From Bacteroidota bacterium (GTDB taxonomy: Bacteria; Bacteroidota; Bacteroidia; 2-12-FULL-35-15): 43,619 nucleotides of DNA. The translations under genes were made by a program, and so were the position numbers. The stretch's first letter is position 1; every line of letters begins with the position of its first letter. The DNA lies in NCBI GenBank assembly GCA_947380175.1, contig CANCPZ010000003.1:1-43619 (forward strand), in the 5' to 3' direction. The notes beneath the pieces are model-generated. The model had not been told where the DNA came from. It ran no database searches and saw only the letters and a program-made list of their open reading frames with translations. Shown here in pieces: positions 30,342-40,060 of the stretch.

Positions 30342-31067
30342 ATGTCAAGTCACTCAGTATCAGAAACAGATTCAGAATCACCATGGAGTGGTGGTAAATC
30401 TCCATTTGGCGTTAGTTACGGAAAAATATTTATGTGGTTTTTCCTTGTATCTGATGCTTTAACTTTCTCAGGATTGTTATGTGCATATGGTTTTATGCGC
30501 CACAAACATCCTGAAGTATGGCCTAATCCAGGTGACGTGTTTACACACTTCCCTTTTTATCATGGTCATATTCCATTAGCCTATGTGGGTTTAATGACAC
30601 TTATTCTTATCATGAGTTCGGTAACGATGGTACTTGCCGTAGAAGCAGGGCATCGTAACGATAGAAAAAATGTAACCAAATGGATGTTGTTCACTATTAT
30701 TGGCGGCGCTATGTTTGTTGGTTCTCAAGCTTGGGAGTGGTACCACTTTATTGAAGGTACGGAACATGGAGCCTTGCGAAGTGTTTTTATTGATGGGCAA
30801 TGGACTCAGCAAATTGTACATGGTGCTAACATGACCGTAAATGAATACGGCTTGCCTGTATTTGCCAACTTCTTTTTCTTTATTACAGGTTTTCACGGAT
30901 TCCATGTATTTAGTGGTGTTATTATTAATATTATCATATTTATTAATGTATTGAAAGGGACTTACGAAAAACGTGGTCATTACGAAATGATTGAAAAAGT
31001 TGGTTTGTATTGGCATTTTGTGGATTTAGTTTGGGTGTTTGTATTTACATTCTTCTATTTGTTATAA
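30342..31067 (+). CDS. Cytochrome c oxidase subunit III-like (second paralogue)
   Basis: MWFFLVSDALTF, SSVTM, QAWEW, FFFITGFHGFHV and GLYWHFVDLVWVFVF. Confidence 0.92.
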   Translation: MSSHSVSETDSESPWSGGKSPFGVSYGKIFMWFFLVSDALTFSGLLCAYGFMRHKHPEVWPNPGDVFTHFPFYHGHIPLAYVGLMTLILIMSSVTMVLAVEAGHRNDRKNVTKWMLFTIIGGAMFVGSQAWEWYHFIEGTEHGALRSVFIDGQWTQQIVHGANMTVNEYGLPVFANFFFFITGFHGFHVFSGVIINIIIFINVLKGTYEKRGHYEMIEKVGLYWHFVDLVWVFVFTFFYLL

Positions 31068-31119
31068 TAATACAATCGGTTAAAAACTTAAAAATTAGAA
31101 AATTTAAAATTTATATAGT

Positions 31120-31602
31120 ATGTCAGAATTTCACGATGATTACCCACAGTATGAGTTCATGGCTCATCACAGCGAAGAAGAAGGAAAAGTAAAACGCAAA
31201 AAACTTTGGAATGTTTTTTGGATTATGCTTAGCATTACCATTATCGAATTAATTATTGGTTCATATGCTAAAAAGCTTGGACTTTTAAATGAGGACAGAA
31301 CATCTTCGGTTACATTAAAAATCATTTTTATTGGCTTAACGCTTTTAAAAGCAGGCTACATTGTAATTAGCTTTATGCATTTAGGCGACGAGAAAAAATC
31401 CTTAAAATATGCCATTCTTGCGCCATACATCATCTTTATACTTTATTTGGTTTACTTAGTTATTGCTGAAGCAAATTATTGTAAAATAAATAAGGAAAAA
31501 ATGGATGAGCTTATCGTGAAGCAGAAAATTGATTTGAATGAGGCAGCTAAAAATCCTCACCATGAGGCTGCTGAGGAAGTCAAACAAGAGCATAAAGAGT
31601 AA
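31120..31602 (+). CDS. Cytochrome c oxidase subunit IV family protein
   Basis: Three TM helices with LTLLKAGYIVISFMHLGDEK. Confidence 0.88.
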   Translation: MSEFHDDYPQYEFMAHHSEEEGKVKRKKLWNVFWIMLSITIIELIIGSYAKKLGLLNEDRTSSVTLKIIFIGLTLLKAGYIVISFMHLGDEKKSLKYAILAPYIIFILYLVYLVIAEANYCKINKEKMDELIVKQKIDLNEAAKNPHHEAAEEVKQEHKE

Positions 31603-31618
31603 TCAAAAAAATAATATT

Positions 31619-31657
31619 AAATATGGCTTCGCAACTCGCGAAGCCATATTTGTTTGT
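31619..31657 (+). terminator. Intrinsic terminator after subunit IV
   Basis: 14-bp stem AAATATGGCTTCGC / GCGAAGCCATATTT with a 5-nt loop and T-rich tail. Confidence 0.8.
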
Positions 31658-31664
31658 AATTTTG
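31657..31664 (+). promoter_or_regulatory. -7 promoter element for the SCO/DUF420/small-protein unit
   Basis: TAATTTTG directly after the terminator, 26 nt before the GTG. Confidence 0.55.
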
Positions 31665-31690
31665 CATCAACAATTTTAATTTAATATCCG

Positions 31691-32368
31691 GTGCCAAAAA
31701 AATTATTAATTCTACTTTTTCTTTTAACATTCCCTTCGGTTCTATACGTTATACTGTCTTCTGGCAAAACACTTTTTACACCTTTAAAATATATAGGAGA
31801 AAAAGAGTTGGCTCCAAATGGGAAAGACACCATTTATCATAGTATTCCATCATTCAAATTTGCAAATCAAGATGGAGACACCATTACAGAAAAAAATTAC
31901 GAAGGGAAAATTTATGTTGCAGATTATTTTTTTACAACCTGTAAAAGTATATGTCCAAAAATGGCAACAGAATTGTTGCGTGTGCAAGAAAAATTTGCCT
32001 ATACAAATGGATTGGTTAAAATACTTTCCCACACAGTAAATCCCGAAAACGATTCCATACCTGTATTAAAAGCTTATTCACAGATGGTTCATGCCGATAC
32101 AAAGATGTGGAATTTTGTAACAGGCGATAAAAAGCAATTGTATGATATTGCACGCGAAGGCTACTTGGTTAATGCAATGAAAGGTGATGGAGGAGCGGAC
32201 GACTTTATACACAGCGAGCTATTTGTTCTTGTTGATAAAGAAAAGCATATCCGAGGAATTTATGATGGTACAAATATTAAAGAGGTTAATAATTTATTGG
32301 AAGACATTAAACTATTGATTGTAGAATACTTTATGAAAGAAGGCAAGGATAAAAAAAACCAACGATAA
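31691..32368 (+). CDS. SCO1/SenC family copper chaperone
   Basis: N-terminal anchor, FFTTCKSICP (CxxxC) and FIHSELFVLVD (His ligand). Confidence 0.94.
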   Translation: MPKKLLILLFLLTFPSVLYVILSSGKTLFTPLKYIGEKELAPNGKDTIYHSIPSFKFANQDGDTITEKNYEGKIYVADYFFTTCKSICPKMATELLRVQEKFAYTNGLVKILSHTVNPENDSIPVLKAYSQMVHADTKMWNFVTGDKKQLYDIAREGYLVNAMKGDGGADDFIHSELFVLVDKEKHIRGIYDGTNIKEVNNLLEDIKLLIVEYFMKEGKDKKNQR

Positions 32369-32411
32369 CTTTAATTTTCTTTGATAAATTTTTAAATTTA
32401 TAATTTTTACT

Positions 32412-32966
32412 ATGAATGATAAACTAGCTTTTAGAATTGTAATGACTTTGTCGGTAGTTGTATTTGTTGCGGTAGTAATACTTAACAAAAAAATATTGCC
32501 TGTTCCAGAAATTATTCCTGATTTTGTTTATAAATTACCTAAACTAAACGCACTTTTGAATGGCACATGTAGCATTTTGTTATTACTGTCATTATATATG
32601 ATTAGACAAAAAAATATTGTGGCACATAAAAAATTAAACATTATTACTTTTTGTCTATCAGCAGTTTTTTTGTTATCCTATATTACTTATCATTGGATGG
32701 CACAAGAAACTTCTTTTCCTGCCAATAACCCATTGCAAATACCTTATTTGGCAATACTTATAAGTCATATTATTTTAGCCGCCGTAGTATTACCAATGAT
32801 TTTATTGTCATTCTATTATGGATTAAAAATACAGGAACCAAACGGAACTTTATATGTTCAAAAACACAAAAAAATAGTTCGGTGGAGTTATCCAATTTGG
32901 TTGTATGTAACCATTACAGGTGTTATTGTATATGTTATGATTTCGCCATATTATTCGTTTAATTAA
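32412..32966 (+). CDS. DUF420 (CtaM/YozB-like) membrane protein
   Basis: LPKLNALLN, HKKLN, FLLSYITYH, ILISHIILA and HKKIVRWSYPIWLYVTITG. Confidence 0.88.
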   Translation: MNDKLAFRIVMTLSVVVFVAVVILNKKILPVPEIIPDFVYKLPKLNALLNGTCSILLLLSLYMIRQKNIVAHKKLNIITFCLSAVFLLSYITYHWMAQETSFPANNPLQIPYLAILISHIILAAVVLPMILLSFYYGLKIQEPNGTLYVQKHKKIVRWSYPIWLYVTITGVIVYVMISPYYSFN

Positions 32967-32979
32967 CAAATGTTGTTTG

Positions 32980-33261
32980 ATGAAAAACAATAGAACACTA
33001 TCTTTTTTACTATTAATTATATTTTTGATAGTGGGCAATCTACCATTATTAGCGCAATGTGCTATGTGTAAAACATCCGCCGAAAGCGATCTTCAGAATG
33101 GTGGCTCTATAGCTACGGGACTCAACACTGGCATATTATATTTAATGACAATACCATATTTGATTTTAATGATAGGAGGATATTTATTTTTTAAAAAGCC
33201 TATCGATGAAAAAATAAAAGTCTGGAAAAATAAAAATTTCCCATCTAAATCAACCAACTAA
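32980..33261 (+). CDS. Small membrane-anchored protein with N-terminal QCAMC motif
   Basis: Signal-like segment ending LLA-Q, then CAMC, GLNTGILYLM plus a TM helix, and a basic tail. ATG at 32980, 13 nt after DUF420. Confidence 0.75.
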   Translation: MKNNRTLSFLLLIIFLIVGNLPLLAQCAMCKTSAESDLQNGGSIATGLNTGILYLMTIPYLILMIGGYLFFKKPIDEKIKVWKNKNFPSKSTN

Positions 33262-33475
33262 ATTCAAGTCTAAGTAACTAATTCCAATCTTTTTTTAATT
33301 CTCTCCTACTTAAATTGGTTATCCCCAAAAACAACTTTAATTTTAGAATAACAAAGAGAGAAGCTGTTTTCATAATTACTAAATAGCTCCAATTACAAAC
33401 AAATTAATGCGTTTTTAATGTTTGAATTCGACTAAATATTTGTATAATTGTAGTTATAATTTTAAAAAATAAAAA

Positions 33476-34564
33476 ATGAGCAAAGTTGCTTTAATAACAG
33501 GTGTAACAGGTCAAGACGGGGCTTATCTTGCTGAATTATTATTGAGTAAAGGCTATACCGTGCATGGATTAAAACGTAGAAGCTCTATGTTTAATACAGG
33601 TCGTATAGATCACTTGTACAAAGATCAACATGAAAAACAGGTAAAATTCTTTTTACATTATGGTGATTTAACAGATTCTACAAATTTAATTCGCATTATT
33701 CAAGAAACTCAACCTGACGAAATTTATAATCTTGCAGCACAATCGCATGTTAAAGTATCTTTCGACTCCCCTGAATACACAGCTAATGCAGATGCAATAG
33801 GAACATTACGTATTTTAGAAGCTATCAGAATATTAAAGCTAGAAAAGAAAACACGTTTTTACCAAGCTTCTACATCTGAAATGTATGGATACGTTCAGGA
33901 AATTCCTCAAAAAGAAACTACTCCATTTTACCCTCGCTCTCCTTATGGTGTTGCCAAGGTTTACGGCTTTTGGATTACTAAAAACTATCGTGAAGCCTAT
34001 GGTATGTATGCTTGTAATGGTATTTTATTTAATCACGAAAGCCCGTTACGTGGAGAGACATTTGTAACGCGTAAAATTACACGTGCGGTTTCAAAAATTC
34101 ATTTAAAGATGCAAGAAAAATTATTTCTTGGGAATTTAGATGCAGAGCGCGATTGGGGCCATGCAAAGGATTATGTAGAAGGAATGTGGTTGATGATGCA
34201 ACAAAACGAAGGCGATGATTTTGTGCTTGCTACAGGTGTAAAAATTACTGTTCGTAAATTTGTTGAATTAGCTTTTGCGGAAGTTGGAGTTACAATTAGA
34301 TGGGAAGGCAAAGGGGTTGATGAAAAGGGTTATAATAGCAGTACTGGAGCATTGGTTGTAGAGGTAGACCCTCGTTACTTCCGTCCTACAGAAGTAGAAT
34401 TATTGATTGGAGATGCAACCAAAGCTAAAAACAAATTAGGTTGGGTGCCAAAATATACACTTGAACAATTGGTTAGTGAAATGGTTGCAGCCGATGTTAA
34501 ACTTTTTGAAAGAGACAAATACCTTTTAGATGGTGGACACGATGTGATGAATTTTCACGAATAA
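33476..34564 (+). CDS. gmd: GDP-mannose 4,6-dehydratase
   Basis: Motifs [35 protein letters not shown] and [17 protein letters not shown]. Confidence 0.98.
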   Translation: MSKVALITGVTGQDGAYLAELLLSKGYTVHGLKRRSSMFNTGRIDHLYKDQHEKQVKFFLHYGDLTDSTNLIRIIQETQPDEIYNLAAQSHVKVSFDSPEYTANADAIGTLRILEAIRILKLEKKTRFYQASTSEMYGYVQEIPQKETTPFYPRSPYGVAKVYGFWITKNYREAYGMYACNGILFNHESPLRGETFVTRKITRAVSKIHLKMQEKLFLGNLDAERDWGHAKDYVEGMWLMMQQNEGDDFVLATGVKITVRKFVELAFAEVGVTIRWEGKGVDEKGYNSSTGALVVEVDPRYFRPTEVELLIGDATKAKNKLGWVPKYTLEQLVSEMVAADVKLFERDKYLLDGGHDVMNFHE

Positions 34565-34573
34565 TAAAACACT

Positions 34574-35527
34574 ATGAATTTAGATTCGAAGATTTATATT
34601 GCTGGTCACCGCGGCATGGTGGGTTCCGCAATAATCAGACGATTACAAAAAGGTGGTTTTACAAATATTGTAACACGAACATCTAAAGAATTAGATTTAA
34701 GAAATCAGCAAGCAGTTGCTGATTTCTTTGCTAATGAAAAGCCCGATTATGTTTTTTTAGCAGCTGCTAAAGTAGGAGGTATTGTGGCAAATAATACCTA
34801 TCGCGCTGATTTTATTTATGATAATTTAATGATTCAAAGTAACATTATTCACCAATCGTTTTTGAATAATGTACAAAAACTAATGTTCCTTGGTTCATCG
34901 TGTATTTACCCTAAAATGGCGCCTCAGCCATTAAAAGAAGAATATCTTTTAACAGGATTATTGGAGCAAACAAACGAACCTTATGCCATTGCGAAAATTG
35001 CCGGCATTAAAATGTGTGATGCATACAGAAGCCAGTATGGTTGTAATTTTATTTCGGTAATGCCCACTAATTTGTATGGCCCTAATGATAATTATGATTT
35101 AAACAATTCGCATGTTTTACCAGCATTGATCCGTAAATTTCATTCAGCGAAAATGAAAAAATTACCTTCTGTGGAAATATGGGGAACAGGTTCGCCAATG
35201 CGCGAATTTTTGCATGCCGATGATTTAGCCGATGCTTGTTTTTACCTAATGCAAAACTACAACGAACCAGGATTAATTAATATAGGTGTGGGACATGATA
35301 TTAGTATTAAAGATTTAGCATTATTGGTTAAAAAAATCGTAGGCTTTGAAGGCGAATTAAAATTTGACACAACAAAACCAGACGGAACACCTCGAAAATT
35401 AATGGATGTAAGCAAACTTCATTCATTGGGATGGCAACATAAAATTGATTTTGAAACAGGTATAAGCGCAGTTTATGCCGATGTAAGAGAAGAACTATCT
35501 AATCTTTTAGCAGCCGAATCAAATTAA
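34574..35527 (+). CDS. fcl: GDP-L-fucose synthase
   Basis: Motifs [35 protein letters not shown] and KPDGTPRK. Confidence 0.97.
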   Translation: MNLDSKIYIAGHRGMVGSAIIRRLQKGGFTNIVTRTSKELDLRNQQAVADFFANEKPDYVFLAAAKVGGIVANNTYRADFIYDNLMIQSNIIHQSFLNNVQKLMFLGSSCIYPKMAPQPLKEEYLLTGLLEQTNEPYAIAKIAGIKMCDAYRSQYGCNFISVMPTNLYGPNDNYDLNNSHVLPALIRKFHSAKMKKLPSVEIWGTGSPMREFLHADDLADACFYLMQNYNEPGLINIGVGHDISIKDLALLVKKIVGFEGELKFDTTKPDGTPRKLMDVSKLHSLGWQHKIDFETGISAVYADVREELSNLLAAESN

Positions 35528-35575
35528 ATAACATTAGATTTCTTTTGTTATTGCATTTTATAATTTATTAATAAT

Positions 35576-37225
35576 ATGAAACATTTTTTTTACGTATTAT
35601 TTTTTATTCTCCCTTCTGTTTTATTTTCTCAGCAAAGCAACTCCTTGTTGAATAGAGAGTGGAGCTTAAACTTTGAGAAAGAAAAAAACATAATAGATTC
35701 AGATTCAACTAAGCAAAATAGTGTTACCGACCATTCTTGTTTTAAACCCTTTATCACAGGGGCAATTCACATTGATAAAAATAATCCAACTAGAAAAGCA
35801 ACATCTGTTTGGAAAAGAAAAATTCACCAAGAAAATTTATTCATTGTAAATGATTCCGCTGATAATTTTTATTTAACAATAGATCCCTTATTTAATTTAG
35901 AAGCTGGTAAAGATTTTGCAGATTTAAGCGGTGAAAAGTTATATAAAAACACCAGAGGTTTTTTAGTACGTGGCGATATTGGTAAAAAGTTTTCATTTGA
36001 ATCTTCCTTTTATGAAAACCAAGCTACCTATGCAAAGTATATTGACGAATACATAGCAGGTACAAATACATTATTTTCTCAAACAAGCAATAATGAGTAT
36101 TATGTTATTCCTGGGCAAGGTCGATCAAAATTATTTAGAAAAAACGGGTACGATTATGCAATGACCTCGGGATATATTTCATACTCACCAAATAAATATT
36201 TTAATTTTCAAGCTGGTCATGGCAAACACTTTGTTGGCGATGGTTATCGCTCTTTATTATTATCAGACAATGCTTTTAACTATCCTTATGCACGCATAAC
36301 AACTACTTATAAAAATATTCAGTATACAAATTTATACACTTCATTTATGAACCTTACTGATGGCGGGGCCAAAACGCCACTAAATACGGAACACCTGTTT
36401 CAGAAAAAAATAGGCAGCTTTCAATTATTGAGTTTCAACTTTGTAAAACGAATTCAGTTAGGTTTATTTCAAGGAATGATTTGGGAAGCAAGCGATTCTG
36501 CAAACCGAGAGCATGTTAATTTTAATACGTTTGATCCAGTAATAGGAGTAAACACTTTAAACTATGGTATGCATAATAAAAAGAATCTATTGCTTGGAAC
36601 AACATTAAAAATTAAACTTACTAATTCTATTTCCTTATATGGGCAATATATGTTAGATGATACCTACTCTAAAGACTTAGGTGATGTAAGAAAAAAATAT
36701 GGTTATCAAGCAGGATTAAAATATTTTGATTTGTTTACTGTAAAAGATTTGCACTTACAAGTAGAATATAATAGTGTTCGGCCTTACGCATATTCAGCTA
36801 CAAATCCTCAGCAAAACTACTCTCATTATAACCAAGCATTAGCTCACCCATTGGGATCAAATTTTAAAGAATTAGTTGGTATGTTAAACTACCGAATCAA
36901 AGATTTTTTTGTTGAAGTGAAATTAAATTATGCTGTAAAAGGGAATGATAGCAGCTCATTAAGTTATGGAGGTAACATATTTAGATCCGATAATACATTT
37001 GCCATCAATCAAAATACTAGTAATATTTCAACAACACAAGGTCTAAAAACTACATTAATGTATCAAGATATTCACATTGGCTATTTAGTTAATGCATCCA
37101 CTAATTTTAATATTGTGTTAGGCATTTCAAATAGAATTTTACAAACAGATAAAACAACAAGTAAAACACAATTTATTTATTTTGGAATTAGAACATCCTT
37201 GGCAAACTTTTATTATGATTTTTAG
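35576..37225 (+). CDS. RemB-like / Wzi-like outer-membrane protein, paralogue 1
   Basis: Signal peptide ending FS-Q. Motifs GDGYRSLLLSDN, YGQYMLDD, VRPYAYS and LAHPLGSNF. C-terminus YYDF. Confidence 0.7.
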   Translation: MKHFFYVLFFILPSVLFSQQSNSLLNREWSLNFEKEKNIIDSDSTKQNSVTDHSCFKPFITGAIHIDKNNPTRKATSVWKRKIHQENLFIVNDSADNFYLTIDPLFNLEAGKDFADLSGEKLYKNTRGFLVRGDIGKKFSFESSFYENQATYAKYIDEYIAGTNTLFSQTSNNEYYVIPGQGRSKLFRKNGYDYAMTSGYISYSPNKYFNFQAGHGKHFVGDGYRSLLLSDNAFNYPYARITTTYKNIQYTNLYTSFMNLTDGGAKTPLNTEHLFQKKIGSFQLLSFNFVKRIQLGLFQGMIWEASDSANREHVNFNTFDPVIGVNTLNYGMHNKKNLLLGTTLKIKLTNSISLYGQYMLDDTYSKDLGDVRKKYGYQAGLKYFDLFTVKDLHLQVEYNSVRPYAYSATNPQQNYSHYNQALAHPLGSNFKELVGMLNYRIKDFFVEVKLNYAVKGNDSSSLSYGGNIFRSDNTFAINQNTSNISTTQGLKTTLMYQDIHIGYLVNASTNFNIVLGISNRILQTDKTTSKTQFIYFGIRTSLANFYYDF

Positions 37226-37259
37226 TACGCCTTATTTTTTGCAAAAACAAATACACTAA

Positions 37260-38861
37260 ATGATTAAAAAACAAAACAAGCTCCATTTTTTTGCTTTATT
37301 ATTAATGGTAATATCAACTTTTTTGTTTGTTAATACTGTTAATTCGCAACAATTAAATTACACGCTTAATCGCGATTATTTATGGGGAGTTGATAGTTAT
37401 TACAATAGCAAAGAGCAATCTTTTCAGACTTTTGTAAAACCTTATCGATTTGCGGATATAAATCAAATGCAAGATTCTACCCTATCTTTCTATCGCTTAC
37501 TCTCTAAAAAAAAGTCAGAAAAACAGGAAAAAGAGAAACCTAATTTAGTAGAAATACAACCACTTTTAGTGGAGCAAATAGGTTATCAAGCAAATTTACA
37601 ATCGAATTTTACCAATGATGTGGCAATTGGCGGAAAACTAGTTTATACTTACGGAAATAAGTTTGCACTAAATTTTAAAGCACTTACAGGTAAAGCAACG
37701 TACACCGGTTATACCGATTCCGTAATTAGCCAAACTTTTGTAGTGCCTGGCATTGGTTATGCTTATCGATCAAATAAGGATTCGTTAAATCCACAATATA
37801 CGTATCAATACTATTCGGGTTATTTAAGTTATTCGCCAAATAAAATTTTCAACATTCAAGTTGGGCAGGATAAACAATTTTGGGGTGAGGGTTATCGTTC
37901 CTTATTTTTATCGGATGTGGCTGCACCATATCCGTATATGAAAATTACTACAAACATTTGGCATTTATCCTATGTAAATTTGTACACTATATTAAAAGAT
38001 GCTACTAATCGTTCGGGCTTTAAAAAAGACTGGTTAAATAAATATGCAACATTTCATTATTTAGGTTGGAATGCGACTAAAAGAATAACCATTGGCTTTT
38101 TTGAATCAATTGTGTGGCAAGGAACCGATAGCAATAGATACAGAGGTTATGATATAAATTATTTAAATCCTGTTATATTTTTCCGACCAACCGAATACTC
38201 GTTGGGCTCGAGCGACAATGCGAATATTGGATTCTGTTTTAAACTAAAAATGTTTAAAAAACAACAATTGTATGGCCAGCTTTTGCTTGACGAATTTGTA
38301 TTAAAAAATGTTGTTTCTCGAAATGGTTGGTGGGCTAATAAACAAGCCTATCAAGCAGGATTTAAGAGTTTTGATTTGTTCAAAATAAAACGACTTAATT
38401 TTCAAACCGAATTTAATTATGTTCGACCCTACACCTATTCACACGGAAGCGTTCAACAAAATTACGCTCATTTTAATGAGCCCCTTGCCCACCCGCTCGG
38501 TGCAAACTTTCTGGAGTCAGCTTCATTCTTAAATTATCGCTACAAGCGTTTGTTTGTAGAAGCAAAATGTGTTTATGCAATGTATGGTGCCGACAGTGCA
38601 GGAAAGGATTATGGAAAAAATATTTTTATTTCTTATGTAAACCATAATACAGAATATGGTAATGCGATGGCACAAGGAGTTAAAACAACATTAATAACAG
38701 CTTCATTGCGCGCAGCATACATTTTAGATACAGATATGAATTTAAAAATCGAACTGGGTGTATCCGAAAGAATAGAGCATACCGCAACAATTACAAAACA
38801 AATTCCATATGTATTTTTCGGTATTCGTGCTGATTTATGTAATTTATATACTGATTATTAG
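37260..38861 (+). CDS. RemB-like / Wzi-like outer-membrane protein, paralogue 2
   Basis: Signal peptide ending NS-Q. Motifs GEGYRSLFLSD, YLNPVIFFRPTE, YGQLLLDEF, VRPYTYSH and LAHPLGANF. C-terminus YTDY. Confidence 0.72.
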   Translation: MIKKQNKLHFFALLLMVISTFLFVNTVNSQQLNYTLNRDYLWGVDSYYNSKEQSFQTFVKPYRFADINQMQDSTLSFYRLLSKKKSEKQEKEKPNLVEIQPLLVEQIGYQANLQSNFTNDVAIGGKLVYTYGNKFALNFKALTGKATYTGYTDSVISQTFVVPGIGYAYRSNKDSLNPQYTYQYYSGYLSYSPNKIFNIQVGQDKQFWGEGYRSLFLSDVAAPYPYMKITTNIWHLSYVNLYTILKDATNRSGFKKDWLNKYATFHYLGWNATKRITIGFFESIVWQGTDSNRYRGYDINYLNPVIFFRPTEYSLGSSDNANIGFCFKLKMFKKQQLYGQLLLDEFVLKNVVSRNGWWANKQAYQAGFKSFDLFKIKRLNFQTEFNYVRPYTYSHGSVQQNYAHFNEPLAHPLGANFLESASFLNYRYKRLFVEAKCVYAMYGADSAGKDYGKNIFISYVNHNTEYGNAMAQGVKTTLITASLRAAYILDTDMNLKIELGVSERIEHTATITKQIPYVFFGIRADLCNLYTDY

Positions 38862-38924
38862 CGAAGTTGAATTAAATTTTTACTGCATTAGAAATTCGCA
38901 ATGCACTTATTTTAATCAGGAAAA

Positions 38925-39965
38925 TTAAATTTCTTCATACAATTTAAGATAGGCTTTTGCAGCATTTTTCCAAGAAAATTGCTGAGCCCATTCAACCGAG
39001 CGCTTCGATTTTTCAGAAGTAAAATCATTCATTCCTTTTTCGAAAACATCAATCATGCTTTGTGGTTCAAATGTTTTCCAATAATATGCTTCTGCCCCTC
39101 CAACCTCTGGTAAGCTTGACAAATAGGATAAAAAAACGGGTTTTCCCATGCTCATTGCTTCTACTACTGGCAAACCAAACCCCTCCGATAAAGAAGGGAA
39201 AACAAAAGCAGAACAATTTTTATATAACCAATATTTCGAAGCGTCGTCGATAATGCCAGGCAAATGCAATTGCGCATCAACACCCATTTTTTTTGCAGCA
39301 CTAATTAATTGTTGAGCATAACTTGAATTACTATTACCTGCTATTACCAAGTGTAACTGTTTATTATTTCGAAGCAAGGGTAATAAAGTATGAAAATTTT
39401 TCTTTTCGGAAATTATTCCAATTGAAAAAATAAAATTAGAAAAAGTAATGAAATCAGGACGAATAGCATTTTCAATCGTTTTGAGCGAATTACCATTGTA
39501 AATTACATGAACAGGTTTGTTATATAGTTCCAAATTTTCGCGAACAATTAATTCTGTAAACTTTGAAATTACAGTAATAACATCCGCTTTTTTTACCCTT
39601 TTCTGTAACGCTGCTAATTCACGTTTTTGTTTTGAACCTTTGTACTTTTCTAAAAAATTTAAATCGTGAATCGTTAAAATAAGTTTAGTGTTTTTATTCG
39701 TTGGCAAATAATTCGAATCTTGTTGTAAGCAGTGCCAAACGTCATAAATTTTACTACTAACTGGAAATAATTTATGAATAGCAAAATGTTTTACATAATT
39801 AAAATGTTCTCCAAATACATTTTTTTGAAGAGCTGGTAAATAAAAATCAAGTTCTAAATGTTGTGGATTTATTTGTTGAAACTCTTCACCAAGATTTTGG
39901 CAAAATTGACCTAGACCACTATTGGGATTTTTCAATTTTTCCATCTCTATTAAAATACGCTTCAT
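38925..39965 (-). CDS. Glycosyltransferase family 4 (MtfB/WbpY-like)
   Basis: LTIHDLNF, KKNF and FVFPSLSEGFGLPVVEAM (EX7E). Confidence 0.92.
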   Translation of the reverse strand: MKRILIEMEKLKNPNSGLGQFCQNLGEEFQQINPQHLELDFYLPALQKNVFGEHFNYVKHFAIHKLFPVSSKIYDVWHCLQQDSNYLPTNKNTKLILTIHDLNFLEKYKGSKQKRELAALQKRVKKADVITVISKFTELIVRENLELYNKPVHVIYNGNSLKTIENAIRPDFITFSNFIFSIGIISEKKNFHTLLPLLRNNKQLHLVIAGNSNSSYAQQLISAAKKMGVDAQLHLPGIIDDASKYWLYKNCSAFVFPSLSEGFGLPVVEAMSMGKPVFLSYLSSLPEVGGAEAYYWKTFEPQSMIDVFEKGMNDFTSEKSKRSVEWAQQFSWKNAAKAYLKLYEEI

Positions 39966-39991
39966 GCCTTAAATTTTATATCATTAAATAA

Positions 39992-40053
39992 CAAAAGTAA
40001 GAATTCAAATTTCGTTTTACTAAACAGAAAATTGTTTTTTTGAATTATATTTG
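39992..40053. promoter_or_regulatory. Divergent -7 elements for GT4 and meaB
   Basis: TACTTTTG on the minus strand (39999-39992) and TATATTTG on the plus strand (40046-40053). Confidence 0.6.
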
Positions 40054-40060
40054 TAAAGCG

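Noticed and set aside
38884-38905. TGCATT...AATGCA hairpin between convergent genes
   Set aside because: The stem is short and imperfect. It may terminate transcription but is too weak to call.
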